Positions 1 through 13,800 of a stretch of 64,000 bases of DNA are shown here, piece by piece. Position 1 is the stretch's first letter; each line of letters begins with the position of its first letter. This DNA is from Antedon mediterranea (Eukaryota; Animalia; Echinodermata): assembly GCF_964355755.1 (NCBI RefSeq), contig NC_092679.1:24983722-25047721 (forward strand), read 5' to 3'. The translations under genes were made by a program, and so were the position numbers. Below the pieces are notes generated by a model. The model had not been told where the DNA came from. It was given only the letters and a program-made list of their open reading frames with translations, and ran no database searches.

Positions 1-2069
1 GTTGTATGTAGCGTACGTCCACAAACAGTACATGACGTAACCGTCGGTAAACTTCGCCTGGAAAGTAACTACACTACACGTTTTGGTCCCTGCGGATATG
101 GAACACGATATCGCGCGACCCAACGTTAAAGGGGGATTCTGGGTTTAAAATTGCTTTTAAATATCGTTTATTTATTAAATAAAAAACATTATAACAATAT
201 AGACATGTCAGAATGAAGAAGTAATAACGAGAAATTAAAAAAATTAAATTTCATATACATTTTAGGGTAAATTCATGGAAAGTCTGTTTTTCAGCAGCTT
301 AGGGAAGCTCATTAATATTCATGAGATATTCACAAAATCACGTCATCAGTGGATTCCAAACTCACGACGTCAAGCTTGTACGTTATGTTCTCTCTCCTCT
401 GTCAAACGATGACCACCCGATCATTGTGAAATACATTTTTTTGTAGATTTGCTAAGCTAGGCCTAAAGTGTAATAATAACAGTAGTAGCATATATTTATT
501 TGACATTTAATGAAATACAAAATTTAGTACAGATTACGGAGTCATAAATTATACTAATTTTATACCTCGAATTAATAATAGTACAGATCGTATATCGGCT
601 TCACGTACTAGTAGGCTAGGCCTAAATCATTTTATTCATGCCGGGGTGAGAGCCATTTCTGACTAGGGATTCCATGCCACGATGGCTACGTTAAAACATT
701 GCATTGGGGCCATCATTCATGGGCCTAGCTAGCCTATTACTGAACGATTGGCCCATAAATAACAAAACTCAGTGGATTCCAAACCCATCCTATCAAAACC
801 AAACTCCTAAACAATCTAGGCCTAAACCTAAAACGTTCTACAAAAATCGGCTGTAAATATTGAGGCAAAACAAGGTCCGATCGCCGTCCGCACGTCTAAT
901 AAGTAGGCCTAGTTAGTTTACTCTCCAAAAAAGCGGATACTGCATCAAGCAAGTAGACCGGTAGTAGGAAGGAGACCTACCTAGCCTAGCCTAGCCGATC
1001 CGGCCCAGTTAAAAATTGAGCTAGCTAGTGTAGTAGACCCTATGGCATTATGCGAATTGATACTACCAGGCCTTTTACTATAGGCTACACTTGTTAAAAT
1101 TAGCAATACTGTACTTATGTTTACAAATATTCCAACTCTCTCATTCGAGCTATATTATCTATACCATTCCGGTAGGTTGAGTCGACCTTCAATCAAATAC
1201 TGTACATCGTTCATGTTGTGATATAGACGGGGTATACTCGACCCGACCAGTTTGGTATTGTATACTGTATCTGCTTATCACGTGACGATGCCAGGCATGG
1301 GCAGAGAGAGCACGTGTATCGTCGTCTCGCTCTCCTCGCTCAGCAGGTGGTGCAGGATTGTATACGTTACGCTTCATTGATTTTGAAGGCTTTCCCTAAG
1401 TCAGTGCGAAAATCGGCAAACGTAAAGTGCAAACTTATCTAATTTTTCACTGTTTTGATGGATTTTCATAGAAAATTGATTTTATAAATGGGAAGACCGA
1501 CTAAAATTACATAAGATAAGTATAATTTTACAAAAGTAATTGATATGGTTAATGATAACGAGTCGTCGGAAGATTGACCATTTCACGAATTTCGTATTCT
1601 GTAACCACAGTGTGATTTTGCCGTAGCTGCACTTGTAATCTGGCCTCATTTCACAGCCTTCGTTCTGCTTCACTGGACGCTTATATAAATTGAAACTTTT
1701 ACCGTTCAAGAGACAAACAAATATATTTTACATTTTTTACTATTCATTTTAAACCCGGAACCCCCCTTTAAACGATTCGTACAAAGAGATACCGCCAGAC
1801 AAGTGCGTACCTAGCTACTGTCATGTTTAATAGCTAGATCGCTGGCTGCATATAGCCCTCTGATGTACTCACGGTCAATGGAACGTCGCAGTTTTCTAGG
1901 CGCTCAAGCTACGAAGTGAACGCGAACGATTTTTACTGTATATTATATTCCCCGACAAAAAGTACCCGTAGTCCCCGACGCGGGGGCGTCGCACGCGGGG
2001 GCTAGGCTCCCGGACGATGGGGCTAGAGCCCCCGTAGCCCCCCCCCCCCCCCCGCTGGGGCCACCACTG
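1..2069 (-). mobile_element. hAT-like non-autonomous element (same family as 56255-57877), cut by the window start and interrupted by a Kolobok-like insertion
   Basis: 1-129 and 1772-2069 are the reverse complement of ~56255-56655 (and its internal duplicate to ~57010). The terminus ctggggccaccactg at 2069 matches the TIR cagtggtggcgccag. Confidence 0.8.
130..1767. mobile_element. Kolobok-like non-autonomous DNA transposon, 1638 bp, copy 1
   Basis: TTAA TSD at 126-129 and 1768-1771. ~22-bp TIRs agggggattctgggtttaaaat / attttaaacccggaacccccct. Purine-purine termini with a TTAA TSD fit Kolobok rather than piggyBac. No long ORF. Confidence 0.85.
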
Positions 2070-2429
2070 CAGTATAGCTATAGGCCCGGGTAGTAGGCTG
2101 GTGCGGACGATTGGACCATGTTTTGCCTTGATCATTTTACGGTTTTTTTCCGACTGAAAGAGATTTTTACAACGTTAGGTTTAGATTATTTAGGAGCTAA
2201 TTATTTTAAGTATTAGTTAGGATAGGAGGCAATGTTCTTTTTTTTTTCTAGGCGGCAGGTTAGCTCCAAAATCGTCGTCCTCCTAAATACCAAGACCCGT
2301 CAATTTAAAGTGTTAATTTAACAAAATATGAAATATATAGACTTCTAATAGCATTTCCAACAATAAAACCGGTTTACGTTTGTCATGATAGCTATCGTAG
2401 ACATGGAATTGTCCATTTAAATGTATGCC

Positions 2430-2545
2430 CATGTAGTTAGGCTAGTGAAGCCGAGGCTACGGTAACGGCTGTAGTCCCTACTAAATTTTGTATTTTCATT
2501 GAGTGTTAAATACATATTATAGACATACTCAACTGTACTGTTACG

Positions 2546-2580
<35 letters not shown>

Positions 2581-2796
2581 GCCGACGTGAGTTTGGAAGA
2601 ATCGACTTGATCTCATGAATAATAATGAGCTTCCCTAAGCTGATGAAAAAAGAAGTCTCATGAATGTACTCTGAGAAATTATGATTATGAAATTTTATTT
2701 TTTTTTAATTTCTCGTTATTACTTTATCCTTTTGACATGTCTATATTGTAATAATAGTTTTTATGTAGTAAATAAACGATATTTAAAAGCAATTTA
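2430..2796 (-). mobile_element. Old, diverged fragment of the same Kolobok-like family, inverted
   Basis: Patchy reverse-complement match to 143-620 (e.g. aatgagcttccctaagctg, aatttctcgttattact, aaataaacgatatttaaaagcaattt), interrupted by a (TA)n tract. Confidence 0.7.
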
Positions 2797-3996
2797 GAAT
2801 TGATCGCCATAATACATTCTATTAAAACTATTAACATTTCAAGTATTGATTTGATATGCAGATACGCGGTTAACATAGACAGCCCACAGAGAGACATGGT
2901 TAGAAGATCATCCACCTTCACTCCCACCTAGTAGTACGCCCTCTAGTCTTCACCTTCTTAATATTATCTCTGTGTGGTATGGTTGAAACTGAAAAACACA
3001 CATAATTGCCCCGCGTTTCAAGGTGTCCTAAAAGAAGAGGTTATACTCTATCTCTTTCAATATATATATATTCTTTATATAAAAGGGATCTTTATTAGAA
3101 CTTAGATAATCTCTACTGTATTTTAATATTGTTATTGTTATTAAATAGTTGATATGCAATGCATAGTCGAAGAAGTCAGTAACGGCGTTCCATATATAAT
3201 TATAATATTTTCTAGAATTAAATATTAATGTACACACTGCAGTAGTATCTTATTAAAAATTATGCTAGCGATGATGAAGACTAGTTAGGATCGAGTCTAA
3301 TTGTTGGTCTGTAAAATACAGTACAAGGAGGAAATCGTTGTGTTCTTGCATACGGTAAAATTCAGGTTTGTAATGTATTGCTAGAGAAGTGAAATTGCAC
3401 TCTTCTTCCCTGATTATTATTATTATTATTGGACCTTTATTTTATAAAGGCTTTGGCTTTATAGATTATACAGCAGCAACACGCAGCCATCTTCTTGTGC
3501 GTGCAGCAGCAGCGTAGCAGTAAGAGATGACAAATACGGTGACCAGCCAAGCGTAAAGATAAAAAATAACAACGCTATTATCAAGGTATCACACGGAGGA
3601 GGCCTGGTCGGTATTTCCGGCGGACACACCGTGTTAAAAGTCGAGACATTTTTACTAGAATACCTATACTGTATATTCTTAGTAAAAGATTAGCCTACAT
3701 CCATAAATACAAGCATCCGGCCATGCATGAGGCTCAGTGTTTTTGACCCAACTTCAAGCTCTTTTCTCCTATCTACGCCGCTCCTAAAAAAAAGGCTCAT
3801 CAAAAGTTTCTAAAATTATCTCTTGATACATTGCATTCTTGACTTGACTTGTGCGCCCAGTGGCTTGGAGCGCTTATGTTGACACAGTTGAATTGATTTC
3901 CGTGTCGACATAAGTGTACCTTTACTGAATTTCATATCCGAACGGTCGTATACTCATAATTGCTGAGTAGAGTAGTAGTAGTACTAGTACAGTAGT

Positions 3997-5030
3997 CAGG
4001 GCCGTAGTAGCCAGGATCTGTCAAGGGGGGGTTCGCACACTAAGTATTTGGGTCACCCCCCACCCCCATCATACCCCCCCCCCCTGGGGTGGGGCCTGAG
4101 GCGAAGCAAATTTTGTTAAACAATTGCTACCAATGAGCAAAACGATCGTACTTGGACTCGTGGACTATTTTTAAACGATAACATTTGTTGCCGTATGTTA
4201 GATGCGCGTGCTCTGTGCGGAACCGCCGATTGTTTGATCATTTACTCGATATTTTGTTTTGCGTTCAAGTTCAATGCGAACGTACGTCTAGGAGAAGCCC
4301 CGAAAAAATCACACTGGGTGAAGGCAAAAGCAATTCTTATTATAGCTCTATCTATAATATTTATTTACAGCAATTTGTTGAGGAAATTAAATATGCCAAT
4401 GTAAATAGGTGATATTGATACATTTGAGTACGTATCGGCTGTGGTCTAGAAAAAAATAATCGGATGCCATAATGTGAACTACAGTACATGATACCATAGA
4501 TATTATAGTGTAAAATATTAATATTCACTATAATCCTCTATGATACATTATACTTCATAGCCACACATAAATACTGATGATATGTCGGAAGGCTATATAC
4601 TTTATGCATGCTGCCTGACTGCCAGTGATCTAAACAATTGGTACGCAGTTGTCTGGCGGTGTCCTTTGTACGAATCGTTCGTCCCCCAGCTCGCTGTGAG
4701 ACGCGTCAATATCATGTTACATGCAGGGACCAAACATTTATTTTTCAGGTTAAAATCGGCAATTCATTTGCAACTCTTTACAGACTATATTGCTCGAAGT
4801 ACGCTCATACAGGGAAGAAGGTACTGTATGAGTTATTCCGAACGAGTTTACGAATTTTTTAATTTACGAACAACTTTTTGTACTGTGGGGGCACGTATTT
4901 GGACGATTTTCGGAGATGAGGGTGAGGTATTGGGCATGTCGGGGATGGGGGTTCGCAGTCGGTTAAGGGGGGTTCGCTGTAAAGGGGGGGTTCGCCCGAA
5001 CCATAAAAACCCCCCCTGGCTACGGGCCTG
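3997..5030. mobile_element. hAT5-like MITE (CAG...CTG termini, 5-bp TSD)
   Basis: TIRs cagggccgtag(tag)ccagg / cctggctacgggcctg. Flanked by gtagt at 3992-3996 and 5031-5035. Termini are similar to 55632-56236. Confidence 0.7.
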
Positions 5031-5099
5031 GTAGTAGTTGTGTTTTGATTCCTGTTTCTGCTATGCTGAATGACGCTGTTCGTTTGATAGGTTACGTTA

Positions 5100-5430
5100 A
5101 TTGTGTGAAGGTTCCAGCTATTATTTTGCAGGTGCTTATTAATTATTGTCTTTATCACATGCTCATTATAGTTGCGCCGCCGGTATCATTAAATAACTCC
5201 ATTGGCAGTATTACCTTGAATAATGGTCAGATTATTACTTTGGGTAGTCTTTCAGACCCAGCGCATGGAATGAGTACTCGTCTTCGCTTGTTGTATCATC
5301 ATTGTCGTCATTCAGGTCTAATGACTTGTGCCTTGTACATTGTTTAGCATAGTTTTTTATTTTACCACAATTGTTGCATTTTTTCCCATTGCCTGGGCAT
5401 GCGTTTTTGCCTTTGGTAAGTTGCACTTTA
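5100..5430 (-). pseudogene. Decayed LTR-retrotransposon (Gypsy-like) gag zinc knuckle and protease relic
   Basis: The minus strand reads CPGNGKKCNNCGKIKNYAKQC (degenerate CPAxGKxCxxCGKxNHxAxxC), then after stops/frameshift LPMELFNDTGGATI (DTG protease-like motif near 5180). Confidence 0.6.
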
Positions 5431-8400
5431 AAGTTAGTTACTAGTAATGGTCTCTGGCGGTGTCACTTTGTATGTATAACTCTACTATATCTTTAGAATT
5501 TGGCCCAGCTTACGGGCATTGATATCTGGGTCATACTGCATCCAGGGACCAATCTGGGTCATTCTATATCCGGGTACCAATACATAGTTATGAGGCGTCT
5601 ATTCTCCTTTGTATTAGACTCTGCTTGTATTTCGTTATGTTGTTTCAAACTCCAACGCCTATAATAAAGCCTGTCGTAGTAATACTATAGTATCACGCCC
5701 GCTCATAATACAACACAATTTAACCGCTTTATCCATTTTTTATTCATTCTTTACTATTTTCGCGAATCGCGTATATTTTCTATGCTAAAATTTATCGTTT
5801 GGATTTTTGTAGTTATGTCATGGACTAAAATTGTATTCATTAGTGACCATTTTAGGAAAGTTACGTATTTCTAAAATTCTATGAAGAAAGGCTGGAGCTT
5901 CTGGGGCCTTTGATTACTGGCGGTCCCCAACCCTAACCCATGACACTGAGAAAATGATTTGGTTTATTTTTACGAATAGCAAGCATTTTAATAATTATAT
6001 GATAACCGACCTCCAAAAATTGGCAAAAACTCCCATGGGCCAGAAAGTTGTTCTGTGAGGTTTTTACTCAAGTCATTATTGAACATTCCAAGATTTATCG
6101 ACTACTGTACATTTACTAGAAGCTAAACTGCATAAACTATGTATATGACATACATACTAATTACAATACATACAAATTCAGCATTTATACACATGTACTT
6201 CAGGTTATAGTATAGGATATACAACATACAGTATCCAATTTCCATGCACAAATTATGTACAAGTTCAAATTTAATTTTTTCTAAAATGCCTGATATAGTT
6301 GAACGTTCAATTAAAAATATATATATAATAAGAAGCTATTATAAATGTTTAAGTCAAATATTCGGCAACAGAAGGGGTACTGAAGTGGTACATCCCTATT
6401 TGTGCATGTCAATGTTATTTTACAAAAAAACTTAAAACATACCAACACCTTGTAAATCTTCCTAAAATTTAGTACCTACCTGTATTAAGTTTGTTAATAG
6501 CATTAGTTTTAACTTTGTTATCAATTTATGATCTACATAAAAGTATCAATCTCAAGTATGCCCTGACTGTTACAAGTAATGCCACAGGTTATGACATATT
6601 ATTGAAAGAAAATTATAGTACAAAAAAGTGTAATCAGTTCTTAATTTTATTGCCACCGGCAAAACGTTATATTTTGAAATTTGATATTTTTTAGATTAGT
6701 TTATTAGTTTGTCTGTTAGCAGAATAACATCAGAAATAAAGACAAAAAGGTTATATTTTGATATTTTTTAGATTAGTTTATTAGTTTGTCTGTTAGCAGA
6801 ATAACATCAGAATTAAAGACAAAAAGGTTATATTTGGAATTTGTTTGTTAGTTTATTAGACACAAAGACACTACTGAGTGAAATGATTAAATTAAAAATG
6901 GAGGAAATTGGGACCATGATCCCAATTCTGAACCACCTAGGCCAAATTGAACTTTTTGTGTCCCCATTTTAAAACTACATCATTTTTACAATAAATATGT
7001 TACTAGACAACTCCCTGTTTGGCCTAAACTTAATGGTGTTTTCAACAATGTTAATTAAAAACGGGGCTTAATCATTTTTAATTTTAGAGGTCGACCCATG
7101 ACGGAGGTAAGCAATCTCTGATTGCTCCTTTTAAAATGATACCTTGGCTCTCTATCCTGATTATAGTCACTAAGATTTATTTCAACTTTGATATGCCATG
7201 ATAAGATTGATTTTTCAAGATTGTCTGAAAGATCAATGATGCTCATGCATTTTTCATTCAAAATTGAGTTGAATCAATATTTTTGAATATGTACATTTTA
7301 CAGCTTTAGTATTCATTTTGGACTCTAATTTAGTATTCATACTATTAGTAGCTTACTTTAAAGAAATATTGATATTAGAATTTTATTTATAATATTAAAA
7401 TATTTTATTAATGTAAATTAATACTACTACAGGGTACTGTACGTGCACATGGATGGTTATCGAATATATAATGTTCTTCGTAAATAACTGAAAAATGTCA
7501 AATTGAACGCACCCTTAATAGAGCGAACAAATACAGATGTGATATATGTAGTCAAGTATAGTTGTGCCCATCATTGATTGATAACAACTTTAGATGGAGG
7601 CTTATCAATTTGACATGGTTTTGAGATGAAAAAAAAGATTACAAAATACCATACCAAGATATGTTTAGGTACTATACTTTATTAAATGAAACAATAAATG
7701 TTATACATATCGTAGAATGAAATAGTACGTCTGTATTGGAGTCGGCAATCTGACTTTTATATGTCACGATCTTTAGCGTATCAATGGTTGTTTCCATTGT
7801 TGGCAAACTGACCCAGAATCCCACTTATACCTAAATTTACATTTTTCAATTTACATATAATGCATGGTTATAATTGGTTAGTTTTGACCTTCGACCCCTT
7901 ATATCTCAAATGTTTCCTACTTAAATCGATTACAAGATTCGTAATCTATGAAAAACTCTGATCTATAATAAAATATGGAAATTAATACTAATTTGATTAT
8001 GTAAAGAAAATTAACTACTAATATAAATCAAAAACAAAATAATTGTACCGTATTGATTTTTTTTTGTCTTTTGTCTTTATTATCATACTTTGTTAATATA
8101 AATATTATATTTTTTAAGCATATTTCTCCTCTCATTTATATGTTACAACGTTAAAAGTAATTGAAAAACCATTTGATGTACAGTAATACATAAAATGATT
8201 GATTTTGGTGTTTTAAAAACCCTTATTCTTATTGATTTCTTTTACAAATGTGACTATATTGCAACATTGATATTTCTCAAATTTATGAGTGATAATAAAA
8301 TATAATTTGCAATTAACAAAACTATCTAATATAATATCAAATAATAGATTTATTCATATAATTATCAATAAAAATTCATAATCTTGTAAAATAATCGAAT

Positions 8401-9280
8401 ATATCAAAATCGGAATACCGAATACAACTTTTGAAATATCAACACTGAGAACCTACACTAACATTTATTGAAATATAGGAATATCTTTAATTTTGTTGTA
8501 TTCACATTATACAATATCTACCATCATAATTTATTATAATGAGATGAAAACTGAGAACATGTAAAATCTATTGAGCTTAATTGTTTGCAAAGCACTGCTG
8601 TTTCTGACCATAACAAGGCTTGCTGTAGTGTTTCATGCAAATTACAATGATTAAAACCGCAGTGGAGAGCCAACAGCTGTGTAGGCCAATCTGCTTGCAT
8701 GTTACATTGGAGCAATGCCATCAATGCCATCAAAATAACACTGAATTCACTTCTAGTCGTGGCACTTGGTATTTAGAGTCATTTGCTCATAGCTGTATCT
8801 CTATGCTTCATTTACATTTTCTATTCATAGATGTGTGGTGGGTATACTTATTTTTCATACAATTTGCTGTTACTATCTTCTATATTTTTATCATATGGTA
8901 TTATCATTTTGCTAAAACAGGCTGAGTTAATAATTAAATTTGTAATTAATATGATTTTTTAAATTAATGATTGCTTGTGATGTGATCAAAGATGATATTT
9001 TAGTTTCATGTTTGTTGCATGAAAGTACTTGATACAGTGCTGTACATTAAATAGGGACATATTACAATTAATATTTTAATTGAAATAATTTGTATTTTAT
9101 CGTATGTATATGCGTTTTTTCTATTGTCAAGAAATAGTAAACAGCACAGTTTGAATTAGAATTTTCATTTTTTTTGGTACCACAAAGATATTTTTGTAAA
9201 TACAGTAAACCAAAAATATATCTTACAAAAAACGCTGCTAGACTAGAAACAGTTTTTTCCCTGTCGGCCATTAGGGCGCT

Positions 9281-9390
9281 CAATGACCAGTAATGTGCGA
9301 TCAATGACCAGTAATGTGCGATCAATGTCCAGTAATGTGCGATCAATGTCCAGTAATGTGCGATCAATGTCCAGTAATGTGCGATCAATG
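9281..9390. repeat. 21-bp tandem repeat, ~5 copies
   Basis: Unit caatgtccagtaatgtgcgat. Confidence 0.95.
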
Positions 9391-9668
9391 TATGAATGTT
9401 GAATAATGTATAATGTATGAATGATCAATTTTGTATATATAATTATTTATTAACAGTAACACTGGAACCAATCAATTTTCTATGTATATTGGACAGAATA
9501 AAGTATTGTATTGATAACATTGAGTAAAACTATAATTATTGGTAATGAATAAAAGTTTTGTGCTTACAAAAGGAAAATATAAGCCTGTATGAATTTCTTT
9601 TTTTCCCATTTAGAATCAGTTATTTACACAATGCCCATTTCGATGCATATTGTCTTCCACTTACTCTC

Positions 9669-10020
9669 AATATAAGCATATGTACGCTATCTGCATGTAC
9701 CACTACTGTTTTTCAATTTCAAGAATATTTCAGGCTATTTTGAGAATTTCAAAATTTTTTAAGATGTTCGCGTGTAATATAAGCATATGTACGCTATCTG
9801 CATGTACCACTACTGTTTTTCAATTTCAAGAATATTTCAGGCTATTTTGAGAATTTCAAAATTTTTTAAGATGTTCGCGTGTAATATAAGCATATGTACG
9901 CTATCTGCATGTACCACTACTGTTTGTTAATTTCAAGAACATTTCAGTCCTTTTTGAGAATTTCAAAATTTTTAAAGATGTGTAATATAAGCGCATACGT
10001 ACGCTATCTGCATGTACCAC
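9669..10020. repeat. 107-bp tandem repeat, ~3.3 copies
   Basis: aatataagc unit starts at 9669, 9776, 9883 and 9984. Confidence 0.95.
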
Positions 10021-10850
10021 AGTAAGCTTTGCACACTATTCCTCCTACACTCTGTTTTGTTTTCATCTATCATGATTTTTAGTGTTCTCAAATCCTCTGA
10101 TAACGTTATGTTATTTTTTTTGGTCACGACTTTTGTCATCTCTGCAAAATGATTTGTTATTCTCTAGTTTTTTTACGAATGGAATCGTTATTTCATTTTC
10201 TGGAACATAAATATTATTTTTCAACATTAATTATTAAATTCAGCAATTCAACAAAATGTTCATGGTGTTCAATTGCTCTAAACTTGACCAACAATTGTGT
10301 CTGTGTAATTTATAATTATTATTTTCTGATAAACTATTTTTTAAGGCTTTTTTGTCCTAATTTTGTAAACTTAAAAGGTGAACTGGAACATCAAAGAGAA
10401 TGAAAAAAAACACTCAACAATAACAAAGTCAATTTTGGAAAATATTAAACATTGAGGTTTATATTCATCCAATCAAACTTGTTTTAATGTGATACATATA
10501 GTCACAACATTTCCAGTCATTTATTGAATCATAATGCGTTTAATTTTTTTCAAAAAGCTTTGTTTGTAATTTGGTTTACAAATTCATGATTGCCTAGACT
10601 AACTTGTATAATAAAGTCAACACACTAACAATAATGTTGCCCAATCTAGTATTAAATTATCATATTTTTCTTTACAGGTAAATGGGTTAAGGAAACATTG
10701 ATTCCAAAATTTCCAAACAGATGTCATCTTTCTTAACACACACAAATAGGATCTATAAAAAAAGATGCCTTAATTGAACAAACATTTATCTGTTTTATCG
10801 TGTTAGTATTTTCTCATACAAAATACAGTTTTCAGCATTCCAGTATTAAG

Positions 10851-13800
10851 ATGGCAATAGATATGTCTTTTCCAGCTTTTTTTGGACTCTCAAGAGAAAC
10901 AGCTTTGAGGACTTCATTATTAATATTATGTTTATTGCAAGTGGTTAAAATTGATGCACAAAGTACAGAGAATACTAATGACAATTCAACAACAGATACT
11001 AACAAGGTTGTTTGTAAAGATGGTGTCTTTATTCCAATGTGGAATCCAACAGATGTAGCCCTATCAGATAAAGTTGGGCGTGCCATTGTTTACTTCTTAG
11101 GACTTATCTTTATGTTTTTAGGAGTATCTATAATTGCAGATAGGTTTATGTCTGCAATTGAGGTTATTACATCTAAAGAGAAGGAAGTTCAAGTAATTCG
11201 ACCAAATGGCGATGAAGTGATTGTAAGTGTTCGCATTTGGAATGAGACAGTTTCTAATCTGACATTAATGGCACTTGGATCATCAGCACCTGAGATTTTG
11301 CTTTCTGTTATCGAGATTTGTGGAAAAAAATTTAAGGCTGGTGATTTAGGTCCTAGTACAATTGTGGGAAGTGCTGCTTTCAATTTATTTGTCATCATAG
11401 CAATCTGTGTTTATGTCATACCAGATGGGGAGATTCGTAAAATCAAGCACTTGCGGGTATTTTTTGTTACTGCAACATTTAGCATTCTAGCATACATTTG
11501 GTTGTATATGATATTGGAAACCATATCAAAAAATGTAGTGGATGTCTGGGAGGCATTGTTAACACTGATGCTCTTTCCTGTTACTGTTGTATGGGCTTAT
11601 GTTGCTGACAAAAGAATCTTTTTCTATCGTTTTCTCCGAAAGAAATATACAGCAGAAAAGGTAGTTCGTAGAGAATCTCACATGGAGATGGGAGAAGCGG
11701 ATACAAATCATATGAAAAAGAATCATGATGGATCAGAACCAATAGGAATTGAAGGACAGGAAAATGATGCCCTTGAAAAAGACTTGGAAGAAAAAAGAAA
11801 AAACTTTGTTAAATTACTACAGGAACTTAAACATAAACACCCTGAGGCTGATCTTCAAACTTTGGAGCAAATGGCAAACTATGAAGCATTGAACCAAAAG
11901 CAAAAGAGCCGTGCATTCTATCGCATCCAAGCTACTAGAAAAATGTGTGGTGCTGGAAACATTCTAAAAAAAACACTTGATAATAAAAGAGCAAGTATTG
12001 CAGAAGTGAAGATAGAAATGGCACAAGAAGATACAATAACACGGGTATTCTTTGATCCAGCATCATACACTGTCATGGAAAATGTTGGAAGTTTTAGCAT
12101 TAGTGTTGTACGACAAGGAGGAGATATGAATAACACAATCTATGTAGACTACAAAACATCTGATGGTACTGCTAATGCAGGTTCTGATTATCATTATGCT
12201 GAAGGAACACTTGTATTTAAACCAGGGGAAGTACAAAAAGACATCTATCTTACTATCATTGATGATGATGTTTTTGAAGAAGATGAACATTTTTTTTGTA
12301 ACCTAGACAACATTCGCGTTGGTACCTCAGAGGGAATGTTCGATAGTAATCCATATGGACCATCTGCTGAGCTTGTAGAACCTACAAAATGTCAGATTAC
12401 TATTCTTGATGATGACCATGCTGGTATATTTCATTTTGAAGACAAAGAGGTCAATGTTTCAGAGGCTACAGGCGTTGCTCAGTTTAAGGTAGTCCGTTCA
12501 TCGGGTGCTAGAGGTGTTGTTCGTGTTCCATTTAAAACTATAGAAGGAACAGCAAAGGGAAATGGAAAGGATTTTGATCACACCCAAGGGGAAGTCGAAT
12601 TTCAGAATGACGAGGTTTGGTAAGTTACCTTTTCTTTCTTTTTGGTGAAATTAGACAAGTGATATTTTTTTAAATACTTAATGTCCTGAAAAACTAACAA
12701 AAATCATATACCGGTACTTGCTTTATTATACTGTATATGATAATGTACATTTTTTAGACCACCATTTTTTAGAACGTCATCTTACTCGGTCTTTTAGTAA
12801 AGTGATTGGAAGGAAAGCTGCAAATTAATGTTTTTAAGCAATTTTGGAAATCTCTCTTTTATTTTATTTCTGAAAATCATGCTCCTGCAAAATTTGTTTG
12901 AATGCTGAAACTTAAATTGATAGAGCATTCCCTGGGAATTGGAAAGTTGACATCATACACTGTTGAAAAGATAGATGGGAATTCAAGATATGGGTTAAGT
13001 AACAGAAACACTTAGATAAAGCTCCGACTAAACACAAGCAGCTGGTGGCTTGCATTACTCACTGGTGATTTCATTATAAGAAATCATTGTTTAATTAGGA
13101 TACCTTCTAGTAGTACATCATTTAAATTTATCATTAAATTATCAATCATGATTATTAGAAATAACTAAATTTATTATTATGTTTTATATTTTTGTTATAA
13201 TGTTTATTACATGAAATTATGATTTTAATGAATTAATTAGACTACCTATACTGTAAATACAGTAGACAAACCCTTCTTTGGGACACCCTTTTAAGGGGAC
13301 ACTCTAGGGAGTGTAGTCGAGTGCAAAAAATACATGATTTTTTTTATTGAAAATAAATCAGTCTCAACAGGCAGCATTGATGTGGAACAGTTGATACTGT
13401 AAACAGCAAAATACACGCTACAGTAGGCATACGTTTTCCAAGCAAGAGTGGGAGGGAGACGAACGATATCTAATTTGTAACTGATACTGAATAAGAGCTA
13501 CAATAGATTCAAAATAGTTTTTACACAAATTTGCAACAAATTTCCCATTTTCAAACACAACAATTTTTTAAGTTTTGCGTTATGTCACATAAATCCTCAT
13601 GAAACTGAATAAAATTTATAATGAAATGTATAAAATAAAGTACTGTATGTGGTACGCTAGTGTAGATAACTAATAAAAAGATTGACAATCACAAGGGTTT
13701 ATCATGCTACAGTATAAAGGAATACAGATTTTGACAAAATGGTTTAGAAACTTAAAATTAAAAGAGATACAAATGCAATTATTGTAGTGGAGTGTAATTG

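Noticed and set aside
130-1767. piggyBac assignment and the 62-aa and 75-aa ORFs
   Set aside because: The termini are AGG..CCT rather than piggyBac CCY..RGG. The ORFs show no recognisable domain and recur only because the element is duplicated.
3470-3590. Possible non-coding first exon or promoter of NCX (ends caag|gtatca)
   Set aside because: Plausible, since the coding exon has an upstream acceptor, but unsupported without transcript data.
5925-5940. Short ccctaaccc telomere-like seeds (also ~37665 and ~46557)
   Set aside because: Only one or two units each, as expected by chance.
6990-7300. Minus-strand protein-like stretch (68-aa ORF), possibly a retroelement relic
   Set aside because: No motif I can name with confidence.
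10800-10850. ORF-track start for NCX at 10800
   Set aside because: It is a non-ATG start; the first in-frame ATG is at 10851 and precedes a signal-peptide-like segment.
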